In this document: positions 17,942-27,236 of the stretch, one piece after another | How positions within the stretch are numbered: position 1 is the first letter of the stretch | Layout: the number at the start of each line of letters is the position of its first letter | Assembly: GCA_963668315.1 (NCBI GenBank) | Contig: OY764216.1 | Location: forward strand, 1,600,001 to 1,664,000 | Direction of reading: 5' to 3' | From: Spirochaetia bacterium | GTDB taxonomy: Bacteria > Spirochaetota > Spirochaetia > DSM-2461 | Length of the DNA stretch: 64,000 nucleotides | Translations under genes and position numbers: made by a program | The notes under the pieces: model-generated | Told to the model about the DNA's origin: nothing | Seen by the model: the letters and a program-made list of their open reading frames with translations, nothing else | Databases searched by the model: none

Positions 17942-20794
17942 TCAGAACAGCTGCACTATCACCAGGCCTTCACTGCTGTCGGCGACGTAGGCGTAACGGC
18001 CGTTGATCATCAGGCGTATCGGGGTGGAACCGGTCCAGTCCAGGCTCCTGAGAAAAGCGTCATTGCCGATGGAAGAGGGATCGGAAATGTCCACGATCAT
18101 CAGTCCGTCCTCTTCGGATATCAGATAGAGATAGTCCCCGAAGGCGACCCCGTCTCTCATTATTCCCGACCAGCTGTCCGGAGTGAACGGGCCGTAGCTC
18201 GTCAGGTAGTCTCCGTCCGATTCATCGATGTTAACCGTATAGAATCCGCTTCCCGGAAAATAATCCGCAATGAAGGCGTAACTTCCGTAGAGGGAGAGGC
18301 TGTCCAGGGTCATGCCGAAGGATTTGCGATCCTGCAAAACGGGCAGGACGGGATTGCCGACATCGAGAACGGTCATATTGTTGGGCTGGAAATAGGCGCC
18401 CTGCACGACATAGGCGGTCTGTCCCCTGATCTGCACATCATTCATGCCGCCCCCGTCGCTGTCGTAAAAGCCGATTCCATAGGGATCGGAAGGATCGGAA
18501 ATGTCGTAGATCTGCAGCCCCGTGGAACCGGCCAGATAGGCATAATCCCCCTTTACCGTCAGCCTTCCCACCGAACCGGAGAGGGCGGGGGCGGCGCCGG
18601 CGGAAACCGGGGCGGAGGAGTCGCTTATGTCAACGATCTCCAGTCCGGCGGTTCCCCGGGTTATATAGGCGTAGGGTCCTGAAAGAACGATCTGCCCGGC
18701 GGCGGAAAGGGCGAGGTTTCCCCCGGATACCGGAACCGGAGCGGATGTGTCCGATATGTCCAGAATTGTCAGACCGTCGGCGCTGTTGGTCATGTAGGCC
18801 AGGTCATCCCTCAGGGCGATGCCCCTGTAGCCCGAACCGGGATTGTAGAGACCCGCCAGGCTCAGATCGTTGGGCAGGGAGATATTGACCGTCTGGAAGC
18901 CCAGGGAGCCGGATGTGACGAAGCAGAATGAACCGTCCGTGGCCACGCCCGTGGAAGCTCCGGGGGTGTTCCAGTAGTCGGTTATCTCGGGATTCAGCGG
19001 ATCGGAGACATCGAACATCTGGAGGCCCAGTCCGTCGGCCGCATAAACCTTGTCGTCCCTGATCTGAATGTCGGCGAGAAATCCCTGGGAGGCTGAAGAG
19101 TTCCCCACCTTGGTAAAGGGGGACGGATATTTGGAGAGCACCATAAGCGAGTAGGGGGGAGGGGGCTCCAGGTAGATGCTGGCCCGGGAGAGAACGTAAA
19201 CATAGTTCTCATCGGTTACGACATAATCGGCCCGGTAGTCCGCGTCGGTGTAGGACCGGTAGTTCACTATGGTTGAGCCGCCCAGCAGATGGTACAACTC
19301 CAGGATCATTTGATCGTTGGAAGTGGTCGCATAAATAAAGGCGTAGGGAGTGGTTCCGCCCACCAGGTAATAGGAGAGGGCTATATCGCTGAACTCGTAT
19401 GTGCCCCCTCCCCCGTACTGGGCGATAAAGACGGGAGAGTCGGGATCGGTAATATCGAAGGCCATGACAGCCGTCTCGCCCGACTGGTCAACGATAAAAA
19501 GCCTCTCTTCATCGGGCAGGGTCTCGGCCACCCGGGCGTCCCCCAGAGTCCCCGTATAGGCTCCGGTCTGAACGGGAGCCAGCGGATTGGAGATATCCAC
19601 CGATTTGATTTTCCCGGCGCCGTCGGCTATGAAGGCGTAATGCACGTCCGACCCGTAATCGTAGAGGGCCAGATCGGCGGCATCTTCCGTCTGCAGGGAT
19701 GCCACCGTTTCGGGAGCCCGGGGCTGTGATATGTCAATGATGAGGAGCCCTGCCTCGCCGGCGGCCACATAGACATAGTCGCCGCCCCAATCGGGATAGA
19801 CCACCTTTTGAGCGGGACCGGGCGTGGTCAGGTTGGTTATGCTCTCTTCCGGCGTGGGGGAGGAGAGAAAAACACCGGCTCCGTTGGCGTAACTGGTCAG
19901 GCTTCCCTCCAGTTCGGGGCGTACCTTATAGTAGTACCACTCACCTTCGCTGACGCCCCTGTCTTCATAGGAGGTTCCCTGAATGACGCCGGTATAGTTG
20001 AGAAAGGGACCGTCGGGCGAGGCGGACCGGAGTATCTCGAAGCGGTCGGTCCCTTCTATGGGGTTCCATTCAAGCTGGATTTTACCGTATCCCGCCTGTA
20101 CCTGGGGTGCCAGGGTCTGTCCTGAGAGAGGAATGGCCGAAACATAGGAGGACCAGTAAGCCCCTCCCGCCGAAAGATTGGCCCGGAGAAGAAAAACATG
20201 GAGTGAGCCGTTATCCAGATCTTCCAGAAGATAGCCCGTATCGGTCACGGTGACGCTCTCTCCGTAGGATTCGGAGGGGACCGTCCCGTTTCGCGTATAA
20301 AAAAGGGTATAGTTCCCGGCTCCTTCCACGGCGTCCCAGTCCAGGGCGATGCTCTTGTTGGAGGGAACGGCGGTCAGGGAGGAGACGGGACTGCCCGGAT
20401 CGTGAAGACCTATTTCCACGGTGCTGCTGTTGTCGTTCCAGTCCTCTGCGGTTACCCTGATGATAAGGGGGCCGTCGAAGGAGACCGTGGAAAACTGGAA
20501 GGAGAATTCCCCGGCGCTTCCGAGGGCGGAGGGCGGCAGATCGCCTGAGAGGAGAGTTCCCAGGGAACCGATCACCTGGTACCGGACGAGGCGTATTCTC
20601 CCGTCGTCGGAGGCCGTTCCGGCGACTGTAACGGTCTGGGTATAGTCGGTATCATCGGCGGGAGAGGAGAGGGTCAGGGCCGGGGCGGTATAGTCCGTCA
20701 TCTCCGATACGGCCGCTTCATCTATGGGAACGGGGCAGGAAAACAGGATCATCGCCATAAGAGCCATTATTGGGGGGTATATTCTTCCTTTCAT
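17942..20794 (-). CDS. Lipoprotein with Ig-like, fibronectin III and LVIVD beta-propeller repeats
   Basis: Lipobox ILFSC, FN3-like W..V.GA..Y segments and many YAY.A....GL.I.DIS.P repeats. Confidence 0.82.
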   Translation of the reverse strand: MKGRIYPPIMALMAMILFSCPVPIDEAAVSEMTDYTAPALTLSSPADDTDYTQTVTVAGTASDDGRIRLVRYQVIGSLGTLLSGDLPPSALGSAGEFSFQFSTVSFDGPLIIRVTAEDWNDNSSTVEIGLHDPGSPVSSLTAVPSNKSIALDWDAVEGAGNYTLFYTRNGTVPSESYGESVTVTDTGYLLEDLDNGSLHVFLLRANLSAGGAYWSSYVSAIPLSGQTLAPQVQAGYGKIQLEWNPIEGTDRFEILRSASPDGPFLNYTGVIQGTSYEDRGVSEGEWYYYKVRPELEGSLTSYANGAGVFLSSPTPEESITNLTTPGPAQKVVYPDWGGDYVYVAAGEAGLLIIDISQPRAPETVASLQTEDAADLALYDYGSDVHYAFIADGAGKIKSVDISNPLAPVQTGAYTGTLGDARVAETLPDEERLFIVDQSGETAVMAFDITDPDSPVFIAQYGGGGTYEFSDIALSYYLVGGTTPYAFIYATTSNDQMILELYHLLGGSTIVNYRSYTDADYRADYVVTDENYVYVLSRASIYLEPPPPYSLMVLSKYPSPFTKVGNSSASQGFLADIQIRDDKVYAADGLGLQMFDVSDPLNPEITDYWNTPGASTGVATDGSFCFVTSGSLGFQTVNISLPNDLSLAGLYNPGSGYRGIALRDDLAYMTNSADGLTILDISDTSAPVPVSGGNLALSAAGQIVLSGPYAYITRGTAGLEIVDISDSSAPVSAGAAPALSGSVGRLTVKGDYAYLAGSTGLQIYDISDPSDPYGIGFYDSDGGGMNDVQIRGQTAYVVQGAYFQPNNMTVLDVGNPVLPVLQDRKSFGMTLDSLSLYGSYAFIADYFPGSGFYTVNIDESDGDYLTSYGPFTPDSWSGIMRDGVAFGDYLYLISEEDGLMIVDISDPSSIGNDAFLRSLDWTGSTPIRLMINGRYAYVADSSEGLVIVQLF

Positions 20795-20795
20795 T

Positions 20796-22940
20796 TTACT
20801 CCTCCTCTATGAATATGATGGAATCCGCCGCAGACATATCCGAGGCCCGGGTCAGCCCGCCCGTCGATCCCAGGTAGGCATAGGGAGTGGCCAGCTGGGG
20901 ATCCACTTCCCGGGCCTGGGCAAAGAGCAGCCGGGCCTGATCATATTCATCTGCTTCGTGGGAAGCCTTGGACATGTTGATGAGCAGCTTGGCCGCTATG
21001 GAAGATTTCTCCATACCCCGGGCGCCCAGGCCGTCGTAGGCCGACTGGTACTGTCCAATGGCCCTGGGGTAGTTTTCCTGCATATAGGAGATATTTCCCA
21101 GGTTTATCAAAGCGGGCAGATAATCCTTATCGATTCTCAAGGCCCTGTTAAGGTAGGTTTCGGCATCGGAGTAAAGACCGAATTTGGCATAGACCATCCC
21201 GGCCCGATTGAAATCGGAAGCTTCTCCCGTCTCCCGCGCTATTCGGGCGTAGTTGTCCGAAACTATGCTTCCTATGCTGTTGAGGCTCGTACGGAAGTCG
21301 GCTGCCAGCCTTTGGGCATCGCCGTACTGGAGCCCCAGATCGGACTCCCTCAATCCTACGGGACGGTAGAGCTCCTGGGTTTTCCGGGTCCTGTAGAACC
21401 CTCTTAGCTCGGGGCTATCGCCGAAGCTTTTCCACAGATCGGCGCCTCTGAACCAGGCGTCAAGAAAACTTCCCGAATCCACCATGGTGATTTCCAGGGG
21501 CAGCCAGAGCTCTCCATCGATATCCAGAGTCATGTCTCTGTCCGGATGGATCTCTCCGAACTGGCGGCTCTGGAACCCCGTGTTAATCGCCGGATAGATA
21601 TGGCCGGGAACCGTAATGAATCCCGTCTCCAGTCCGGCCGCCTCCATAAGACTGCAGAAGAGAACGGTCAGGTCGTCGCAGTCTCCGGTGCCCCGGATCA
21701 GGGTATCCCTGGATAGTTTGACCGAATCCACCGAGAGAGAATCGGTCTGAACCCGGGTAAAGGGGGAGATGGGATCGATCTGGTAGATTATGCCGATTTC
21801 CCCCATGGCGGCGTAGATCTGCATGGCCGTCTGGACGCTCCGGCTCCAGTGGGATACGGTGATCGGCTGGGCGGCTTTTCTGATAAAGCTGACGTAGTTC
21901 TGCAGAGCGCTGTCCGCCGGGGTGATAAAGGCCCCCACTTTTCTGTCGTCATCCCAGGTGATGGCTGTCTTGTCATGGAGATCGTAGGTCACGCTCTCCT
22001 TCTGCATTCCCGACCGGCCTCTGGCTGTATATTCGGCTATGACCTCCCCCGTAAGGGGCGTTATGCCGTTGGTGGTGAATATCTGCCCGTTATAGGAAGC
22101 CTTGAGATCCACGGAGGCCGATTCCCCCGGAGCCAGCTTACCGATACGCCCGGCCACGGTGGGGGAGTCCATATAACCGGCCTGCATGAAGGAAATCTGC
22201 ACATCCGAAACCGTCATACGGCTCGTATTGGTCAGTTCTATCCGGCCGATGGGGGAGTCCACGTAGTAGCTCTGCATGGCGGCGAAAACGGGATCAACCT
22301 CAATATTGTCAAAGCGCAGGTAGCGTTGAAATTCGGAGCGGTCCGGATCTTCCCCGAAGCGGAAGTGTATGGCAAAGCCCAGTCCGGCCAGCCAGCCGTC
22401 GTACTTGTCGAAGGGCTGAATCGATCTCTGATAGCGGAGGGTCGGTTTGATATCAATGCTGAGGGCGTAAGACGGATCAAGGGAGATCTTCGCCGCTCCC
22501 TGGGCCTGCCAGTACAGGGAACCCACCGTTCCCGAATCGACGGCGTTGGGAAAAACGGCCTGTCCCAGTCCAAGCTGGAAATCGGCTCCCAGTTCAAAGT
22601 TTTTGGCAAAGCGGCTGGCGTATCCCGCTCCCCCCTGGCCGTAAATCTGATAGTGGTCCCACTTGAGAGGATCGCTCAGTTCGGTGCTGTCAAAGCGGGT
22701 CAGACCGCCCCTGATAAAGGGCTGGATTGTGGGAATGTTAGGCAGGGGATAACGGATCTGCCCGGAAAAATCAAGAATACTGAAATCTTCCCGGTAGGCA
22801 GAAACGGGCTGGAGAGTGAGGTATTCCACTCCCAGGGAGAGGGGAAAACGGTAGTATTCATTAAAGTTGCTGTCTGCATTCTGGGAAAAGGCTGCGGTGG
22901 AAATCAATAGAAGCTGCAGGCCGGTAAGAAGCCGTTTCAT
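20796..22940 (-). CDS. Secreted protein: N-terminal beta-barrel-like region, Ig-like domain, transglutaminase-like core, C-terminal TPRs
   Basis: Signal peptide, amphipathic strands ending GLGFAIHFRF, GDCDDL/PGHIY/PLEIT, TPR helices (ALINLGNISY). Confidence 0.72.
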   Translation of the reverse strand: MKRLLTGLQLLLISTAAFSQNADSNFNEYYRFPLSLGVEYLTLQPVSAYREDFSILDFSGQIRYPLPNIPTIQPFIRGGLTRFDSTELSDPLKWDHYQIYGQGGAGYASRFAKNFELGADFQLGLGQAVFPNAVDSGTVGSLYWQAQGAAKISLDPSYALSIDIKPTLRYQRSIQPFDKYDGWLAGLGFAIHFRFGEDPDRSEFQRYLRFDNIEVDPVFAAMQSYYVDSPIGRIELTNTSRMTVSDVQISFMQAGYMDSPTVAGRIGKLAPGESASVDLKASYNGQIFTTNGITPLTGEVIAEYTARGRSGMQKESVTYDLHDKTAITWDDDRKVGAFITPADSALQNYVSFIRKAAQPITVSHWSRSVQTAMQIYAAMGEIGIIYQIDPISPFTRVQTDSLSVDSVKLSRDTLIRGTGDCDDLTVLFCSLMEAAGLETGFITVPGHIYPAINTGFQSRQFGEIHPDRDMTLDIDGELWLPLEITMVDSGSFLDAWFRGADLWKSFGDSPELRGFYRTRKTQELYRPVGLRESDLGLQYGDAQRLAADFRTSLNSIGSIVSDNYARIARETGEASDFNRAGMVYAKFGLYSDAETYLNRALRIDKDYLPALINLGNISYMQENYPRAIGQYQSAYDGLGARGMEKSSIAAKLLINMSKASHEADEYDQARLLFAQAREVDPQLATPYAYLGSTGGLTRASDMSAADSIIFIEEE

Positions 22941-23073
22941 AATTATCCTTCCTTTAACTTGATTATTACATCACTGAAATTAATTATAATGCGGTAAACG
23001 GAATAAATCAAAGTTAACCCTTCCTAACTCTATATTTTCCCTTTTCATTCGGGTATGATGGACATGGGAGGCT

Positions 23074-23922
23074 ATGATGAGAGTTTGCGTGTCGTATTTT
23101 TCTGGAACCGATGTTACGGCTGTTGTCGCCCGTTCCGTACAGAAGGGGCTTCTGACCGCCGGCCTGGAGGCGGATCTTCTTGATATAACCCCATTGAAAG
23201 CAAGGGAAAAAATCAGCGGAGATGATTATGACGCTTTTATTTTCGGTTTTCCCGTTTACAGTGATTTTGCTCCTTCCGCCGTGAATTCCTGGCTCGGGAG
23301 TCTTGAGGGGAAGGGACGGCGCTGTATTCTCTTCTGCACCTACGGCGGGAGAACGAGCGGATATTTCCATTATCATACCTGGCAGCTTTTGAAAAAAAGC
23401 GGATTTTCCCTGTTGATGAGCGCTGAATTTCTGGGAAGACATACATTCAATGTGGCGGGATGGAAGGTACTGCCGAACCGTCCCGACGAGGGTGACCTGA
23501 ATATCGCCGGAGAACTGGCCCGAAAGGCGGCGGAACTCTTCCGGGAGGAGAACCCGAAGCTTCTTTCCCTTCAGAAACCCATGGGGTATAAGGAAAAGCT
23601 GGCCGCCTATGAAGCCGCCGTCCCCTCCAAAACGGCCGCTCCGAATCAGCCGTCCCGGCGGGGAGCGGATTGCTCTCAATGCGGGATCTGCGAGAGAGAC
23701 TGTCCGACCGGCGCTTTTGATGCCGGGACGGGGGAAGCCGATCCGGAGATCTGCCTCAAGTGCCAGAGATGCCTTTTTCACTGCCCCGATAAGGTTCTGG
23801 TCCTCCATGAGAGTATGTACCGTAGCTACGGAAAATTTCTGGAGGACTGGAATCTGACCGAGGAGGACATGGAGAAAAAGCAGAGCAAGCTGATTCTCCA
23901 TGCCTGGGATACGGTGCGGTAG
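23074..23922 (+). CDS. EFR1-family flavodoxin-ferredoxin fusion
   Basis: YFSGTDVT, FGFPVY, TYGG and two CxxCxxCxxxCP motifs. Confidence 0.85.
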   Translation: MMRVCVSYFSGTDVTAVVARSVQKGLLTAGLEADLLDITPLKAREKISGDDYDAFIFGFPVYSDFAPSAVNSWLGSLEGKGRRCILFCTYGGRTSGYFHYHTWQLLKKSGFSLLMSAEFLGRHTFNVAGWKVLPNRPDEGDLNIAGELARKAAELFREENPKLLSLQKPMGYKEKLAAYEAAVPSKTAAPNQPSRRGADCSQCGICERDCPTGAFDAGTGEADPEICLKCQRCLFHCPDKVLVLHESMYRSYGKFLEDWNLTEEDMEKKQSKLILHAWDTVR

Positions 23923-23936
23923 CGTCTGGAATAATC

Positions 23937-25796
23937 CTACCAGCTGCTTCCGCCGCCGCCTCCGGCACCGCCGCCGGAGGACCCGCCCGAGGAAGACCCG
24001 CCCGAGGAACCGGAGGGAGAGGAGCTCATGGAGCTGCTGAGAGAGTTAAAACTGCGCGAGAGATCCCTGTCGAAGGTACGGGTGTCGAAGCGGTCATACC
24101 GGTTGCCCCAGTACCAGGTGGGGGGCGGCACGGCCATATTCTCGAAGTGGGATGCCCACTGGGAGCTGAGGCCCAGCACCATGGCGTAGGGCAGGATATT
24201 GTAGAAATAGGCGGGATCGGAGGCGAAGAGAGTTTCCAGCTTGTCCTTCTCGGCTTCCTTGATAAATTCCCGGAAGCCGAGAACCAGTTCCAGCATCTTG
24301 TCGCCGTACTCTGTCCTTTTGGACATGATGGAGATGAAGAAGCTGGCGATCATGGAGGCCGCCACGGTGGACAGGACGCGCAGGGGATCTATTCCGGCGA
24401 GAAAGATCGTCAGTCCCGCGATTACCGCCGTCACTACCAGGCTGAAGGCGATTCCCATGGTCAGGCTTGATTTATCTCCCCCGCTTCCCGTGCTGATTGC
24501 CTTGCCCAGTATGACATAGGGTACCACGGCGAAGACGGCAATGAAAAAGGCGAATACCCACAGGGGGCCATTGCCTTTCATGGGAAGAAATACCTCCATG
24601 AGAAGAGAGAACAGGGGCAGAAAGGCCAGAAGACCGGCCAGAAAAGAGGCCCCCTGGGTCCCGCTGGCGAAAATGCGTTTCTCTTTGTGTTTGGTAAAGG
24701 TCTGAGTGATATTCGTAACAGCCCACTGTATGGTCTTGTAAAAACTGTTTCTCAGGTCACTCGTGGTGACGCGGCCGCCCGTGCCGTTGCTGAAGAGATC
24801 CTTGAAAATCTTTCTTTCGTAATACTGTGTCTCCGGTCCGGGTTCCTGAAGTTTGACCAGGGCCAGCTCTTTTGTCTTTCCCTTCTCATCCTTTTCTTCT
24901 TCGATGGCCAGATAGCCCTTCTCGGCCCAATAGACGATGAGGGAATTCACATCTTTGTCATCCACCTGTCCGTCGATGATATAGCCGATTTCCGCGGGCG
25001 TCATCCCTTCGGGGGGCTCGAACTGGACAGTGGGAAAGAGCTTGTTGTCCCGTCCCTTGGCATACCAGAGAAGAAAGGAGAGAACCGCGGCCAGAATGTG
25101 CAGGGGATAGCTGAGCACCATGGAGAAGATCCAGTTCGGTCCCAGATGTCTCTTGGCTCCCACCCAGTACCCTTCGGGAAGGGGCAGGGCCAGAGTGAGC
25201 CCTTCGTTGTAACCGAGGGGGTTCACAATATGGCCGGTTATGACATTGCCGTCTACCGCCCATTTAACATTGGTATTATCGGTGGAGCCGAGAGGACCGG
25301 ACGTACAGTTCAGCCGGGAAGGGTCGAAGGATTTGGGCATGGTGACGCGGAAGTCGGCCTTATGGATATCCGTGGCCCATTGGGTTCCTATTATATTGAA
25401 GTAGAACTCGTCCATATCGGGCAGGCCGTCCTTTCCCACGTCGTAGAGGTAGGAGATGACGTAGCGGACTTTTCCGCTTCTCGTGACACTTGCCGAGCCG
25501 ATGCGTATCGCCACCTGGTCTCTGCCTTTTGTTATCTTGCTGGGAAATCCTTCCACGTTGATCTTGCTGATCTTCACGGGGATCTTATCGAAATAGAGGG
25601 GAATATTCCGGATGATTCCGTGACTGCTGACGGTAAAATCCACATCCAGGGTCTCGGTTATCTCGTAGGAGTTGTTCTCCAGAACGTTGATTTCAACGGA
25701 GTAATTCTCGAAAGTGAAGTTCTCCGCCGCCAGATGGGCCAGGGGGAGAAACATCAGGAGGAGGGGCAGCAATAATGTGCGTTTCTTCATAAACAC
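23937..25796 (-). CDS. DUF2207 membrane protein
   Basis: Signal peptide, TM helices, YNILPYAMVLGL and Gly/Ser-rich tail ending GGGGSSW. Downstream of lemA. Confidence 0.88.
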   Translation of the reverse strand: MFMKKRTLLLPLLLMFLPLAHLAAENFTFENYSVEINVLENNSYEITETLDVDFTVSSHGIIRNIPLYFDKIPVKISKINVEGFPSKITKGRDQVAIRIGSASVTRSGKVRYVISYLYDVGKDGLPDMDEFYFNIIGTQWATDIHKADFRVTMPKSFDPSRLNCTSGPLGSTDNTNVKWAVDGNVITGHIVNPLGYNEGLTLALPLPEGYWVGAKRHLGPNWIFSMVLSYPLHILAAVLSFLLWYAKGRDNKLFPTVQFEPPEGMTPAEIGYIIDGQVDDKDVNSLIVYWAEKGYLAIEEEKDEKGKTKELALVKLQEPGPETQYYERKIFKDLFSNGTGGRVTTSDLRNSFYKTIQWAVTNITQTFTKHKEKRIFASGTQGASFLAGLLAFLPLFSLLMEVFLPMKGNGPLWVFAFFIAVFAVVPYVILGKAISTGSGGDKSSLTMGIAFSLVVTAVIAGLTIFLAGIDPLRVLSTVAASMIASFFISIMSKRTEYGDKMLELVLGFREFIKEAEKDKLETLFASDPAYFYNILPYAMVLGLSSQWASHFENMAVPPPTWYWGNRYDRFDTRTFDRDLSRSFNSLSSSMSSSPSGSSGGSSSGGSSGGGAGGGGGSSW

Positions 25797-25800
25797 CGCC

Positions 25801-26349
25801 TTAGAAGGAAACCTTGACGTTTTCCCTCTGGGTATCGTCGATTTCGAAGTACTCCTTCTTTTCCAGGTTCATCATGCCCGCCACAAGGGAGGCGGGGAAG
25901 AGTTCCCTTTTCGTGTTGAAGGACTTGACCACGGCGTTGTAGTACTTGCGGGATTGGAGAATATCGTTTTCCAGGGTCTGGAGCTGATTCTGAAGATTGA
26001 CGAAGCCCTGGTTGGCCTTGAGGTCGGGATAGGCCTCGGAGAGGGCGAATATGCTTTTCAGGCCGGCGGCCAGGGCGTTTTCCCCTTGCTGAAGCCCGGC
26101 CATATCCTTGGAGCCCATGGCCATGTTGCGCGCCTGTATCACCGCTTCCAGGGTTTCCTTTTCATGGGAGGCGTAACCCTTGACCGTTTCCACCAGATTG
26201 GGAATGAGGTCCCAGCGCTTTTTCAGATAGGCGTCCATGGTGGCGAAGGATTCCTCGCATTTGTTGCGGAGTTTGATAAAACCGTTGTAGGTCCCGATAA
26301 AGAAAAAGGCTATGAGCACGACTAATGCCAAAGCGATGATTAATCCCAT
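25801..26349 (-). CDS. lemA: LemA family protein
   Basis: KKRWDLIPNLVETVKGYASHE, EAYPDLKANQGF, YYNAVV. Confidence 0.95.
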   Translation of the reverse strand: MGLIIALALVVLIAFFFIGTYNGFIKLRNKCEESFATMDAYLKKRWDLIPNLVETVKGYASHEKETLEAVIQARNMAMGSKDMAGLQQGENALAAGLKSIFALSEAYPDLKANQGFVNLQNQLQTLENDILQSRKYYNAVVKSFNTKRELFPASLVAGMMNLEKKEYFEIDDTQRENVKVSF

Positions 26350-26495
26350 AAGAATAAATTCTCCTTGTACTTTTACTATTCTTTTCTACTATAACGCAGC
26401 TTCCGGGAGTGTGCCAAAAAATCCCGCCGATCGTGACTAAATACTGATGAGGGGGTGAGGATAGTCACACCGCCCTTTTTCTTTTACTATAGGTT

Positions 26496-27236
26496 ATGGC
26501 CCGGCGAATCCCCAAGGGGAGAAAGATCTATTCCATTTCCTATCTCATGGACAAACAGCCGAAGGGGATACGCAAGGATCCCCGGTACGGGTTCCTGCTG
26601 GATTCCCTCAGGGGATCGGACCGGCTGCTTTCCCTCAGATTCAACAGGCGCTGCTACACCTTGCTGAACCGCTGTGTCGTCGGCCCGGAGAAACTTGAAA
26701 GTTTTTACAGAACCTACCGCCTGCCCCGCCATCCTTTTTTTCCCCTTTTCCTTTCCATTAAAAGGGCTTACCTGGATGAGAAGGACAAAGCCCGGGCGGA
26801 AAGGGAGGAGAAGATTCTTTCCCTTCTGCAGAAACTTCCCGCACGGGAGCAGGAATATCTTTTTGCCTTTGCCCGATGGGAGTCGGGGAGAAGGGAGGGG
26901 AGGAAAGCCCGGACTTTTCAGAGGGAGATCTATCCCCGGACTCTGAAAAAAGCCCGTCTTTATCTCTCCCGGAATAAATGCGACTGGATCGGCTGTTTTG
27001 AGACCTTCCGCCGGGATGTCATAGGGGATACGGCGGAGTATTCCGGAGATGAGGGGCAAGTGCTGATAGACCGGTATATACTGGGGCTCCCTCCGGGACC
27101 GGAGCCGCTGAACAGGGAAGAGATAAAAACAAGGTATAGAACCCTTTCCCTGGAGAACCATCCCGACAGGGGCGGTTCAGGGGAGATGTTCCTGATTGTG
27201 AAGGAAGCCTATGAGAGGCTTTCAGGATTGTGCTGA
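26496..27236 (+). CDS. Basic protein with C-terminal J-domain
   Basis: IKTRYRTLSLENHPDRGG..F..VKEAYERL (HPD motif). Confidence 0.78.
   Translation: MARRIPKGRKIYSISYLMDKQPKGIRKDPRYGFLLDSLRGSDRLLSLRFNRRCYTLLNRCVVGPEKLESFYRTYRLPRHPFFPLFLSIKRAYLDEKDKARAEREEKILSLLQKLPAREQEYLFAFARWESGRREGRKARTFQREIYPRTLKKARLYLSRNKCDWIGCFETFRRDVIGDTAEYSGDEGQVLIDRYILGLPPGPEPLNREEIKTRYRTLSLENHPDRGGSGEMFLIVKEAYERLSGLC

Noticed and set aside
23940..24045. Low-complexity GGC/TCC-rich repeat
   Set aside because: It encodes the normal Gly/Ser tail of DUF2207 proteins.
26402..26417. Sigma54 promoter for lemA (TGGCAC on the minus strand)
   Set aside because: The -12 GC is absent. A sigma70-like TTGGCA...TATAGT reading fits better.
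26433..26486. CTGATGAG plus hairpin and T-run (hammerhead or fluoride riboswitch?)
   Set aside because: No GAAA core after stem II and no GGNGATGG..TTC pseudoknot element. At most a weak hairpin between divergent genes.
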